From positions 719,619-759,618 of the forward strand of contig OZ245768.1 of assembly GCA_965227835.1 (NCBI GenBank): a stretch of 40,000 bases of DNA, read 5' to 3'. Below, in pieces: positions 1 to 14,866 of this stretch. Made by a program: the position numbers and the translations under genes. Under the pieces are notes generated by a model, which ran no database searches, had not been told where the DNA came from, and saw nothing but the letters and a program-made list of their open reading frames with translations. This DNA is from Patescibacteria group bacterium (GTDB lineage Bacteria > Patescibacteriota > Gracilibacteria > BD1-5 > UBA6164). Position 1 is the stretch's first letter. Each line of letters opens with the position of its first letter.

Positions 1-2684
<2,684 letters not shown>

Positions 2685-2744
2685 GATTAATTTTGTTAAT
2701 TATAAAATATTAAAATTATTTCTCTAATAAATTTTAGAAATCCT

Positions 2745-6239
<3,495 letters not shown>

Positions 6240-6395
6240 TTTAAAAATTAAGTTTTAAAATAATAAAAAACTGCCCTACCATTCCAGCTTTTACAAAATC
6301 AAAGGTAGTGCAAATACAAAGGTATTGTATTAAGCTTTTTAAAAAAGCAAAAAGTTTTTTTGAGAATTTTTTGATGGTAAAGCTTGTTAATTTAT

Positions 6396-7082
6396 TTAGT
6401 CTTCAGGAGATATTTGCATATAACAAGCTTCTTCGTCTATTTTATATAGCCTACATCTTAATAAATCATTTGATATATTATGAGAAGATTTCAAAGATTC
6501 TAGTTTATTCTTAATTCATTCTCATATCCCATCAATTCCATCACTGATTAAATCATTAGCATTATTAAAAAGTTCAATTGTAAAACCAAATTTTTTTTGA
6601 TATTTTTTAACCTCCAGACCTAACTCTTCAGACAAATTAGGTAAGTGCTTTATAACTTTAAAATACATTTCTTTTCACTGTTTTATATCTGCTATACCTG
6701 AAAGATTTGCAATAAACATTACAGAACAAATATGTATAAGAGAAGCTCTTTTTTTTAATGTAGTATCAACTTCATTTTTTATTTCTTGTGGAATTTTTTC
6801 CCATTCAGTTGATACTTTAGTTCATAAAACTTCCATCTCTTTTCTCCATTGTTTTTTTTCTCAATCTTCTTTAATTTGTACTATTTGCTCTTCTGTAATT
6901 CTAGCTATATCTTCAGCTGTATAATGTTTATCTTGTGTTTCTCATTGATCACTAGATTGAATAACAGAAGAGGTAGCATTGGAAGCATTTTCTATGGAAG
7001 AGTTTACATCTGATGATTTTACTCAGCTATTATTCTTATTTGTTCATATATTGGAAAAAAGTTTATCTAAACCTTTTCACAA
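6396..7082 (-). CDS. hypothetical protein (Ser/Asn-rich N-terminus, helical C-terminal part); start uncertain, possibly 5'-truncated by the IS30 insertion
   Basis: With TGA=Gly a single frame is open from the IS30 boundary (7100) to TAA at 6396-6398. There is no in-frame ATG; the first plausible start is TTG at 7082 (687 nt = 229 codons). The frame stays open into the IS end, so truncation cannot be excluded. Confidence 0.45.
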
Positions 7083-7100
7083 ATTTTGGAAAAAATCGTT

Positions 7101-8277
7101 ACCCCAAAGTAAGAAATGAAGTGCAATTAAAAGAGAAGAAAATATAGTATTCCCCGTAGGGTAATAACATTATTTTCTAATATAATAAGATATGTACTGA
7201 CAATTAATATTCCAAGAGAGAGAAAGTATTGAATTTCATTTAAATAAATGATTAAAGAAAAAAGATATAGCATCAATACTAAAAAGATCAGAATCAACAA
7301 TAAGCAGAGAAATATATAGAAACTCAGTAAAAAAACGATGAACCAATAAAAAAATATATCTAGCACTAGAAGCAGAAATGAAATCATATCAAAGACGATG
7401 GCTAACGAAAACTCAATCAATGAAGATAAATATGAATAATGATATGAAAAACTTCATAATAGAACAACTATCAATAACAGAAATACAAATGTCTCCAAAA
7501 ACAATTGCTAAGAAACGGAATAATACTCAAACAGATAAAAAGAAACATATTTCTCATACAAGTATATATTCTTGGCTAGAAACTGGTATGTGAAATAAAT
7601 ATAAAGAACTATTATTATATAAACATAAAGGTTATAGAAAGAAAAAACAACAAACAGAAAGAGTGAAAATTAAAAATAGAGTTAGTATTAAAGATAGACC
7701 TGAAATAATAAACAACAGAGAAGAGAAAGGACATATTGAGGCTGATTTAATTGTTTCTAAAAAATGATTTAAATGAGCTATACTTACATTGGTTGATAGA
7801 AAGACTAGATTACCTAAAATTTTTAAATTAAAAGATAAGTCAAGTGAGAATATAATTAGACTAATAGCTTGAGTTAAAGATGATATATGAATTAAATCTG
7901 TTACTTTTGATAATTGAATGGAATTTGCTAAACATTATTTGTTAAATGATATATGAATAGATACTTACTTTTGTGAACCTTATTCTTCTTGGCAGAAGTG
8001 AAGTGTTGAGAATTTAAATAGGATTATCAGGAGATTTTTTCCTAAATGAACTATATTTGATTATGTAAGTGATGAAAAAATAAAGAGTATTTGCGATATA
8101 TTAGCAAATACTCCTAGAGAAATACTTGGATTTATTTCTCCTAATCAAGCACACTTTTCACAACCTTAGAGTTGTGTTTGGAATTATAACAAAATTTCTT
8201 ATAATCTCAAAAACAAAAAATTTTCTTAATGCTATATTTTCTTCTTTAAGTTCATTTAAAAAATTGCACTTCGGGGT
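7101..8277 (+). mobile_element. IS30-family insertion sequence (~1.18 kb), intact
   Basis: One transposase ORF is flanked by imperfect terminal inverted repeats. The left end is ACCCCAAAGTAAGAAATGAAGTGCAATT...AGAAGAAAATATAG. The reverse complement of the right end (8221-8277) is AAACCCCGAAGTGCAATT...AAGAAGAAAATATAG. Confidence 0.85.
7192..8169 (+). CDS. IS30-family DDE transposase
   Basis: 978 nt = 326 codons with TGA=Gly. The N-terminal HTH-like part is MYGQLIFQERESIEFHLNKGLKKKDIASILKRSESTISREIYRNS. The catalytic part is GHIEADLIVSKKGFKGAILTLVDRKTRL...VTFDNGMEFAKH...[29 protein letters not shown], the classic IS30 D-D-E context. TGA sits at conserved Gly positions (DNG, QKG, PKG). Confidence 0.9.
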
Positions 8278-8478
8278 TTAATTCAGGAAAATAAATTTTA
8301 AATTAAGTATTATTTTACAAATGTAAATATATTTTTATAAAATAATTTGTCAATAAAATTTTAATATAATTTAATTATTTATAATGTTAAAAGGGTAGCA
8401 ATTTTTAATAATATGTAATTGTATAATAAACAGTATAAATATATATATTTATAAAAAATTAAAAATTCAAAATAAAAT

Positions 8479-8506
8479 TTGACAAAATAATTTTATAAAT
8501 TATAAT
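8479..8506 (+). promoter_or_regulatory. sigma-70-like promoter (TTGACA-16 nt-TATAAT) upstream of the 8610 gene
   Basis: TTGACA at 8479-8484 and TATAAT at 8501-8506. A second, similar TTGTCA/TATAAT pair lies near 8349-8376. AT-rich DNA makes chance matches possible. Confidence 0.4.
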
Positions 8507-8609
8507 CCTTTTTAATTGGGGAGTAGGAGAGTATTCATACTATCCCTAGTCTAATAAATATTTATTTATTTTTTAAAAAGAAACAATTTTATTATTTTAA
8601 TTAAAAAAA

Positions 8610-9044
8610 ATGGAACATAAAAGTTTAAGAAAAGATCACTGATTAGAACAATCTCAATGACTTGGAAATCAAGTTTCTTCAGATGTTAATGACAATAAAA
8701 ATAAAACTAAAGATTTAGTTAATTTAAAATCAAGAGAAGAAATATTAAAAGATTATTGAGTAATAGAGTGAGAAGAAGGTGAATATGATTTTTTGAAAGA
8801 GATAGATAACTTACCTCTTTTTATTGATATTCTTTGAAAAAATTTTTGATATGATGAAAAAGTAAGAATCTGACTGTCCAAACTAAAAAAATATGAAAAT
8901 TTATGAAAACAAAAAGGGTTAATGAAAAAAGTTAGCTATTTTTGAATGAAATTATCAGATGATGATTATAATAAGATATGTTATCATCTATTTAGAGAAA
9001 AAAGACTTAGAAATTTAAGGAGAAACTCAAAAATTACTTCGTAA
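8610..9044 (+). CDS. hypothetical protein (144 aa)
   Basis: ATG at 8610 and TAA at 9042-9044 give 435 nt = 145 codons with 9 in-frame TGA read as Gly. Sequence: MEHKSLRKDHGLEQSQGLGNQVSSDVNDNKNK...REKRLRNLRRNSKITS. No recognisable domain. Confidence 0.5.
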
Positions 9045-9182
9045 TGATAAAAATAAAGATTTTTTAGGTAATTTTTATGAATAAAATTTTTTGTTTAGCT
9101 ATTCTAAGCCAAAAATTTTTGAATGGAAATCAACAAAAAAGATTATTTTTTCATAGATGTTAATTTTTCAGGGTCTACTTAA

Positions 9183-9683
9183 GATTTAATAGCTAAAAAT
9201 TTAGATAAATGTATAAAGCTAAGAGCTTCTATTGAATGATTAACACTTAATAATATTAGTAGCTTAAATAATAGTGATTTATTTTATTCTATAATAGATT
9301 TAGATGATATTGATGAATTTATAAATTTATCCAAATACTTAAATTTAGTTTGCACAAACGATGAATCATTTATTAAAAATTTAAAAAACCTGTACTTTTT
9401 ATGTTTAGAAAATCCTAAAAAATTACTAGCTAATTTAGTTTACTTAAATGATAATTTGGAAGAAAGTTTGGTTATAAGAGATGTTCCTGAATTAATAAAA
9501 GAATTAAGAAATACTGGAATTATATTTAAAATAAATACAGAAATATTAAAAGAAGTATGAAAGGAATTATGAAAAGAAAACATAAGCTTGGATAAAAATA
9601 GTGGTTTTTACAGAGCTCTGAAAAGAAAATATAAGCTTATACAAAGATCAAATGATTTTAACAGATTTTTAAATACATTATAA
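9183..9683 (+). pseudogene. open frame of 166 codons without any ATG/GTG start; probable 5'-truncated gene remnant
   Basis: The frame opens directly after TAA at 9180-9182 and ends with TAA at 9681-9683. It contains in-frame TGA (IEGL, VGKELGKE), so it is written in the native code. There is no Met anywhere in the frame. It begins right where copy A of the repeated intergenic motif ends. Confidence 0.35.
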
Positions 9684-9824
9684 GATGAAAATAGCTACTT
9701 TTGTTTTAAAAGATTAATAAAAAACTCCTACTTGTTAGAAAATACTAAATTCTAGATAAGAAAAAAGATTTAAAAGAATTATTTATTTTGAAATATAAAA
9801 CAAATAAATTTTATTAAAAAAATT

Positions 9825-9860
9825 AAAACTCCCGAAGTAATTAATTACTTCGGGAGTTTT
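9825..9860. terminator. bidirectional intrinsic terminator (perfect 36-nt palindrome)
   Basis: AAAACTCCCGAAGTAATT|AATTACTTCGGGAGTTTT, with an A-run on one side and a T-run on the other. It lies 18 nt downstream of the pstS-like stop. Confidence 0.8.
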
Positions 9861-9877
9861 TAATGAATCTCCTTATT

Positions 9878-10867
9878 TTAATTTGAAGAAAAAGGACCAT
9901 TTGCAACTCCAAATTCAGGAATTTCACGGTCATCATCAGACAAAGGAATTAATCCCAAATCAGAAAGATATCCATCTTCACCCCAAGTATCTTCATCTGT
10001 AAATTCATCTACATAAAGCCTGATACCAGGTTTTTTATCAATATGATTATTTTTTACATAAAACCATAAAGACCTAGATATAGGATAATTTCCTAGTGCA
10101 ATATTTTCAAAAGAGGGATAAAAGCCATCAATTAAAGCCCCCACTACTTTATCTTCATTTTGAGCTAGAAAAGAATATCCAGCTATACCTAAGAGATTTT
10201 TGTCTGAAGAAAGCTTGTTTATTATGGCATTATCATTTTCACCAGCTTCAATATAAACTCCATCTTCACGAATTTTCAAAGGAACTCCTGATTTATCAGA
10301 AAATTCTTCTAAAACCAATTCTTCAAAAGAATCACGAGTACCCGATGAACTCGGAGGTCCCATAATCTTGATATCAATATCAGGAAGACTTGAATCTATT
10401 TCAGACCATTTCTTATAAGGATTCTCAACAATAATACCATTAATTTTTAGTGTAGAGTTGAGAGCATAAAATAGGTTTTCCCTAGTAAGAGACAAAGGTT
10501 CAAAATCTATGCTATGCATAATAACAATACCATCATATCCTATACGGTATTCTGTTACATCCAAAACCCCATTTTGCTTACATAGAGAAACTTCTTTATT
10601 CTTAATCCTACGGGAAGCATTAGTAATTGAAGGAGTATTTATATCTTGCCCTTGACAAAATAATTTTGCTCCACCACCAGATCCAGTACTCTTCATGCTA
10701 ATAGTTATTTCTGGATACTCATTTTGAACCTCCAAAGCTACGGCAGAAGAATGTGGAAATACAGTTGAAGATCCAACAATTTCAAATTCTTTTATAACTT
10801 CATCCGAAAACAAAAAAGCAGGAAAAGCTAAAGAAAGAAAACAAAAAGTAATTTTGAGTATTTTCAT
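9878..10867 (-). CDS. pstS: phosphate-type ABC transporter substrate-binding protein (PstS/PBP family), secreted; standard-code style gene
   Basis: Uninterrupted 329-aa ORF in the standard-code track. It has an N-terminal signal peptide (MKILKITFCFLSLAFPAFLFS). PstS-family motifs are present: GSSTVFP, STGSGGGAKLF, ITNASRRIK and GYDGIVI. AGGAGG lies 6 nt upstream of the ATG. About 26 Gly codons, none of them TGA. Confidence 0.85.
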   Translation of the reverse strand: MKILKITFCFLSLAFPAFLFSDEVIKEFEIVGSSTVFPHSSAVALEVQNEYPEITISMKSTGSGGGAKLFCQGQDINTPSITNASRRIKNKEVSLCKQNGVLDVTEYRIGYDGIVIMHSIDFEPLSLTRENLFYALNSTLKINGIIVENPYKKWSEIDSSLPDIDIKIMGPPSSSGTRDSFEELVLEEFSDKSGVPLKIREDGVYIEAGENDNAIINKLSSDKNLLGIAGYSFLAQNEDKVVGALIDGFYPSFENIALGNYPISRSLWFYVKNNHIDKKPGIRLYVDEFTDEDTWGEDGYLSDLGLIPLSDDDREIPEFGVANGPFSSN

Positions 10868-11150
10868 AATTTCCTCCTATGTTTAACTCAAAAAAGTGTA
10901 TCATTAACTAAATTAAAAAAGCTAAATCTACACTAACCTATAATCTCTTTCAAATTTAAAGAGCTGTATAGAGATAAAAATAAATACCTCTATATTTTTA
11001 AAATTAATAAATAAAAAATTTTTGTCAAGCCATTTATGATAACAAAAACTTGCTATTTTTCAATAATACATTTTAATAGATTTTACTTTCTATATGAAAG
11101 TATTGTTTTATTGTTCTTTAAAATTATCAAAGAAATTCAAGGAGTTTTTT

Positions 11151-13415
11151 ATGAATATTTCTATAGGTTTGCTCTATATAGCTGGAGCAATTCTAGCAAT
11201 TATAACTTTCTACATTTTTTTCTTATCCCAAGCTAGAGCTAGAAGATATTATTGGTCTTCATACATAAATACCTTAAGTATAAATACAGGTTTTTTTATG
11301 ATGGGCTTTGGACTTATAAGTATCTTGTTACTCTTTTATAATCTGGGAATAGGTAGCTTTAAGTTTTTAAGTGAAATGGGAGTATCAAACATAATATTGG
11401 GAGAAAAATGGAATCCTCCCAAAGCATATACTCCTGGCATAGAAGAAAATTTAGGCTTTCTTCCTCTGGATATGACAACTTTAATGGTTGCATTTATATC
11501 TGGAGGGGTATCTATTTTTATAGGTCGTGCTATAGGAATTGCTACCTCTCAAATGAAAAAAAGAAAGTTTATAATGCTTCTTTTTCTATATATTTTCCTG
11601 ATGATACCCTCTGTAACTTGGGCATTTATGGGATCTATATACCTACAACCTCTTTTGAGATGGTTATTTTTTTTGCAGGATGAAAGAAATATACTTTCAA
11701 CAGCCCTAACAATCGCTGGATTAAATATACCAATTGTTGCTATTTTAACAAATGCAGCAATTTCTGGAATACCAAAGTTTGTATGGGACAATGCAAGAAT
11801 TAACCAAGCAGATCCTGCTACTAGATGGAAGTGGTATTTAAAACCCGAAATAAAATGGCAACTATGGATTACATCTATCGTTGTTATAATGAGGGGAGCC
11901 GCAGAAACTACAATTGCAAGCCGTCTGATGGGAGGAGCTCAAGATTTATTTAGAAATTACTTTTGGGAATGGCCATTTTTAAGTGGAAATACTCTGTCAA
12001 AAGTTGCTTCTGAATATCTTCGTCCAGAATCTCTTGATCATCCTATGGTAGCACCGGGTGGAGCTGATTTTGCACTTCTTAAGATTTTCATAAATATGGG
12101 GATAGTCGTAGTTTTATCTTTGACATTTATCTATATTAGAAAGCTTAAAAATAGCAAAAATACACAAATAGATATACCCAAAAAAACATCTAAGTTTGAA
12201 ATAAATCTGTTTAGTAAATGGATTAAATCATCTTGTTTGCTTGGTATATTTGTGGTTATTTTTGTATTTAGTGCACTGGTTCACAAAGGAGGTCATATGA
12301 TCTTCACTACACAGATAAAATATCAAGGTGTATGTAGTGATTCAGGAGAAATAAAGAGAAAAGACTTAAGGAAATTTTTATCTGAAAAGTTAGGAATTGA
12401 GGAGTTAAGTCGTAAAGAAAAAAGAGAGATTTTAAGGCTATACTCCAAAAGTACGGCTAAGGGTGTGAAGTGCAATAGTGGTGAAGAACTTGATATATGG
12501 TTATCGGCAAGTACACAAACCGATGGTTATGTAAAAGGTTTAAACCCTGTTATGAAAACTTTGTTTGAAAACAGGAGTTTTGGACCAAAATCACCACAAC
12601 ATGGTTGGATAGATACACTTATGCGAAAAGGTTCTGTAAAAAGTTTATCTGATAGAAATTTGGATGATAATTCAAGTCTCATAAGGATTACCTGGAACAA
12701 AACCCTTTTTGAAAACAGAAAATTTTCCAACGATCCTTTTAAAAATGGATTTAGAGCTAATTTTTTGTCATCACTTCAAAATAGCTTTGTGGCTATATTT
12801 GCAATAATATCAGCATTTCTTGGAGCTTTAGTAATTAGGTTTTTCTTGTGGAAAAAAATCAGAGTTCATACATCCATAGTTTTAGCTCTTTCTTTGAGTA
12901 TACCTGCTCTTGGATATGGATATATGGGTAAAATAAACTTTGTTGATATCCTTGGTTTACCTAATGCAGCTAATATTACACTCTATATGACTACTTGGAT
13001 GGTTGTATTTATGATTGCAATAGTAAACTTTACTTCAAGATTACAAGAGATACCTGAGAGTGCTCTTAATACAGGCAGAAGTCATTCTTTTAGGAGAATT
13101 GAAACTATAGTTAAGTATGTGGTTAGCAAGAATTTTAAAAATTTTTGTTTAATTGCTGCCCTTGCTATGACTGCTGGTTTACAGGAAACTTCTCAGTGGT
13201 TCCCTGTAGGTGGACTAGATTTGTCCTTGGGAGAACCTTCTCTTGATTTGTTGGGAGAAGCAAGACCATTGAATGCAATTGCATATAGCTTTAGAGCTTT
13301 TAGTGATCCTGCTTTTGAGGCATTGGAAGCATGCTTACATATTGGGTTAATATTTACCATACTACCATTTGCAACTTTTGCTGCATATTTTGCATATTTA
13401 GAAAATAGGAGGTGA
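11151..13415 (+). CDS. fused PstC/PstA-like ABC permease (754 aa) with a ~160-aa soluble insert between the halves; standard-code style gene
   Basis: The ORF-track frame is 11094-13415. ATG at 11151 is preferred because AAGGAG lies 6 nt upstream. It is a multi-pass membrane protein with two EAA-like permease loops: NARINQADPATRWKWYLKPEIKWQLW...RGAAETT and ESALNTGRSHSFRRIETIVKYV...TAGLQETS. There is no in-frame TGA, and the ORF ends AGG AGG TGA. Confidence 0.8.
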   Translation: MNISIGLLYIAGAILAIITFYIFFLSQARARRYYWSSYINTLSINTGFFMMGFGLISILLLFYNLGIGSFKFLSEMGVSNIILGEKWNPPKAYTPGIEENLGFLPLDMTTLMVAFISGGVSIFIGRAIGIATSQMKKRKFIMLLFLYIFLMIPSVTWAFMGSIYLQPLLRWLFFLQDERNILSTALTIAGLNIPIVAILTNAAISGIPKFVWDNARINQADPATRWKWYLKPEIKWQLWITSIVVIMRGAAETTIASRLMGGAQDLFRNYFWEWPFLSGNTLSKVASEYLRPESLDHPMVAPGGADFALLKIFINMGIVVVLSLTFIYIRKLKNSKNTQIDIPKKTSKFEINLFSKWIKSSCLLGIFVVIFVFSALVHKGGHMIFTTQIKYQGVCSDSGEIKRKDLRKFLSEKLGIEELSRKEKREILRLYSKSTAKGVKCNSGEELDIWLSASTQTDGYVKGLNPVMKTLFENRSFGPKSPQHGWIDTLMRKGSVKSLSDRNLDDNSSLIRITWNKTLFENRKFSNDPFKNGFRANFLSSLQNSFVAIFAIISAFLGALVIRFFLWKKIRVHTSIVLALSLSIPALGYGYMGKINFVDILGLPNAANITLYMTTWMVVFMIAIVNFTSRLQEIPESALNTGRSHSFRRIETIVKYVVSKNFKNFCLIAALAMTAGLQETSQWFPVGGLDLSLGEPSLDLLGEARPLNAIAYSFRAFSDPAFEALEACLHIGLIFTILPFATFAAYFAYLENRR

Positions 13416-13420
13416 AACTA

Positions 13421-13456
13421 AAAGAGAACCATCAAGTTTGATGGTTCTCTTTTTTA
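13421..13456 (+). terminator. intrinsic terminator after the permease
   Basis: AGAGAACCATC-AAGTTT-GATGGTTCTCT followed by TTTTT. Confidence 0.8.
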
Positions 13457-13543
13457 ATAAGAGAATGAAAAAATTATTTAGTAGTGATAAAAATAATCTT
13501 TTTTCGTAGATATTAATTTTTCAGGTTATTTCAAAATATTTTT

Positions 13544-14614
13544 CTATTTATTATTTTTTTTATTAAAACTTCTATTCATTCTATCATAGATTCTTCTAGC
13601 TTCTTCTTCATCTCTATAAAGATGAGGTATTTTGTGATTAGCTTTGGGTATTTCTTGTCATTCTCCTAATAAATCTTTTACTACTTGTGTTTTAGGATTT
13701 TCAAGAACTTTATCTGTAGGTCAGCTTTCAACTATAGTACCATTATCCATAGCTATTACCTTATTACTTGATTTAACTATATTAAGACTATGACAAACAA
13801 CCATAACTAAATCAATAATTTTTGAATTTATAAGTTCTCCTAAAAGTGACATAATTTCTCTTTGGATTTTTGGATCAAGTGCAGAGAGTCATTCATCAAA
13901 TATAAGTCTCTTTCATCACATCATAAATCTGGTTGCAAGGGAAATTCTTTGCTGTTGTCATCCAGAAAAACTTCAAGGATAATCTTTGAGTCTAGTTCAA
14001 GAAGTAGTTCAGTTTTCCATAAATGCTTTTCTCTGTTCTTCTGTTTGAAAAAACACTTCATTTAGACTGGCATTTTGTATAGCCTCTCAAAGCCTCTTAA
14101 GGGTTTCTGTTCTAATTTCTGAATATTCACGGGTAGTAGAATCAGGCATAATTATATTTTGTTCTACTGTAAGATTTGAAAGAGGATGATCTCACTGGGG
14201 CATAGTAATAATATTTCTACGAATTTTTCGTGCTCAACCAAACTCTTCAAATCAATTCGCTCATAAATCATAAGTTCATCTATTGGGATCTTCTGGATGA
14301 TGAGAAAAATTAACATTTCATCTTTGCCAATACTCCCCATTTTTAGGTTTCCTTCTAGGGCTTTTTTCCAAAGCTTCATCTTCTTCAGACAAACGACCAG
14401 GTATTTTAATAAATGTAGTTTTTCAACATCAAGAAGGTCATATAATAGAAGCTATTTCTCAAGCATAAAAATCAGCATGAATATTGTGAAGTACTGTTTT
14501 TTTTCAGTATCAAGCAAATACATTTCTAAATTCAAGTACTTTGTCTCACATTGATTCTATTCTCTCCCTGGATTGATCTGGAGTATTAGCATCTAAGTAA
14601 GGTATTCTCAACAT
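13544..14614 (-). CDS. ABC transporter ATP-binding protein (native, TGA-rich)
   Basis: 1071 nt = 357 codons with TGA=Gly. Walker A GPSGCGKT is encoded TGA CCT TCT TGA TGT TGA AAA ACT. The signature FSGGQQQR is TTT TCT GGA TGA CAA CAG CAA AGA. Walker B is LIFDEGLSALD. The QQQR signature fits PstB/PhnC/GlnQ-type ATPases, but substrate class cannot be assigned from sequence alone. Confidence 0.85.
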
Positions 14615-14680
14615 TTTTTCGTTTTACTAAAATATATTAATTAAAAAATAAACAAAAAATACAAATATGCAAATAAAAAA

Positions 14681-14799
14681 TTGACTAATACTAAAAACTT
14701 ATGATATAATTTTATTACTTTTTTATTATGTCAAAAAAAGAAGATGAAAAAGTCCTAGGATTGGAATTTGGTACTCTAAAACATGATTTTAGAAAATAA
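14681..14799 (+). pseudogene. extended -10 promoter (TTGACT-N18-TGATATAAT) plus a 23-codon gene stub (MSKKEDEKVLGLEFGTLKHDFRK) that ends where the IS30 remnant begins
   Basis: TTGACT at 14681-14686, TGnTATAAT at 14702-14710 and ATG at 14728. The frame stops at 14797-14799, inside the first bases of the IS30 end fragment. Confidence 0.3.
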
Positions 14800-14866
14800 T
14801 GTTATTACCCTACGGGGAATACTATATTTTCTTCTCTTTTAATTGCACTTCATTTCTTACTTTGGG
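14789..14866 (-). mobile_element. solo IS30 left-end fragment (78 nt), inverted relative to the intact copy
   Basis: The reverse complement of 14789-14866 matches 7103-7180 essentially base for base (CCCAAAGTAAGAAATGAAGTGCAATTAAAAGAGAAGAAAATATAGTATTCCCCGTAGGGTAATAACATTATTTTCTAA). Homology stops 12 nt before the transposase ATG. Confidence 0.9.

Noticed and set aside
2685-2744. Regulatory element in the rpoB-rpoC spacer
   Set aside because: It is only about 60 nt of A/T-rich sequence with no hairpin or motif that I could support.
7127-7420. Minus-strand 97-aa hydrophobic ORF overlapping the IS30 left end
   Set aside because: It is antisense to the 5' part of the IS30 transposase gene. Its Leu/Ile/Phe-rich composition is what AT-rich antisense frames produce.
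10096-10365. Plus-strand ORF inside the pstS-like gene, and ORFs 11036-11236, 11408-11683, 11549-11791 and 12527-12730
   Set aside because: They are alternative-frame or antisense ORFs nested within the much longer and recognisable PstS and permease frames.
9825-13456. Standard-code islands as simple assembly chimeras or contamination
   Set aside because: I cannot exclude this without reads, but it seems unlikely. Three separate islands are each embedded within a few to tens of nucleotides of native-code genes. They share intergenic terminators with them (for example 31917-31939, just after the M23 gene). One island lies inside an IS30-bounded segment together with native genes. The hypothesis is kept as the main refutation test in the findings.
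13544-14614. Frameshifted or pseudogenised ABC ATPase, because ORF 14164-14379 in another frame looked ABC-like
   Set aside because: The table-25 frame runs 357 codons without any TAA or TAG in very AT-rich DNA and contains Walker A, the Q-loop region, the signature and Walker B in order. The odd segment after Walker A is better explained as an insertion.
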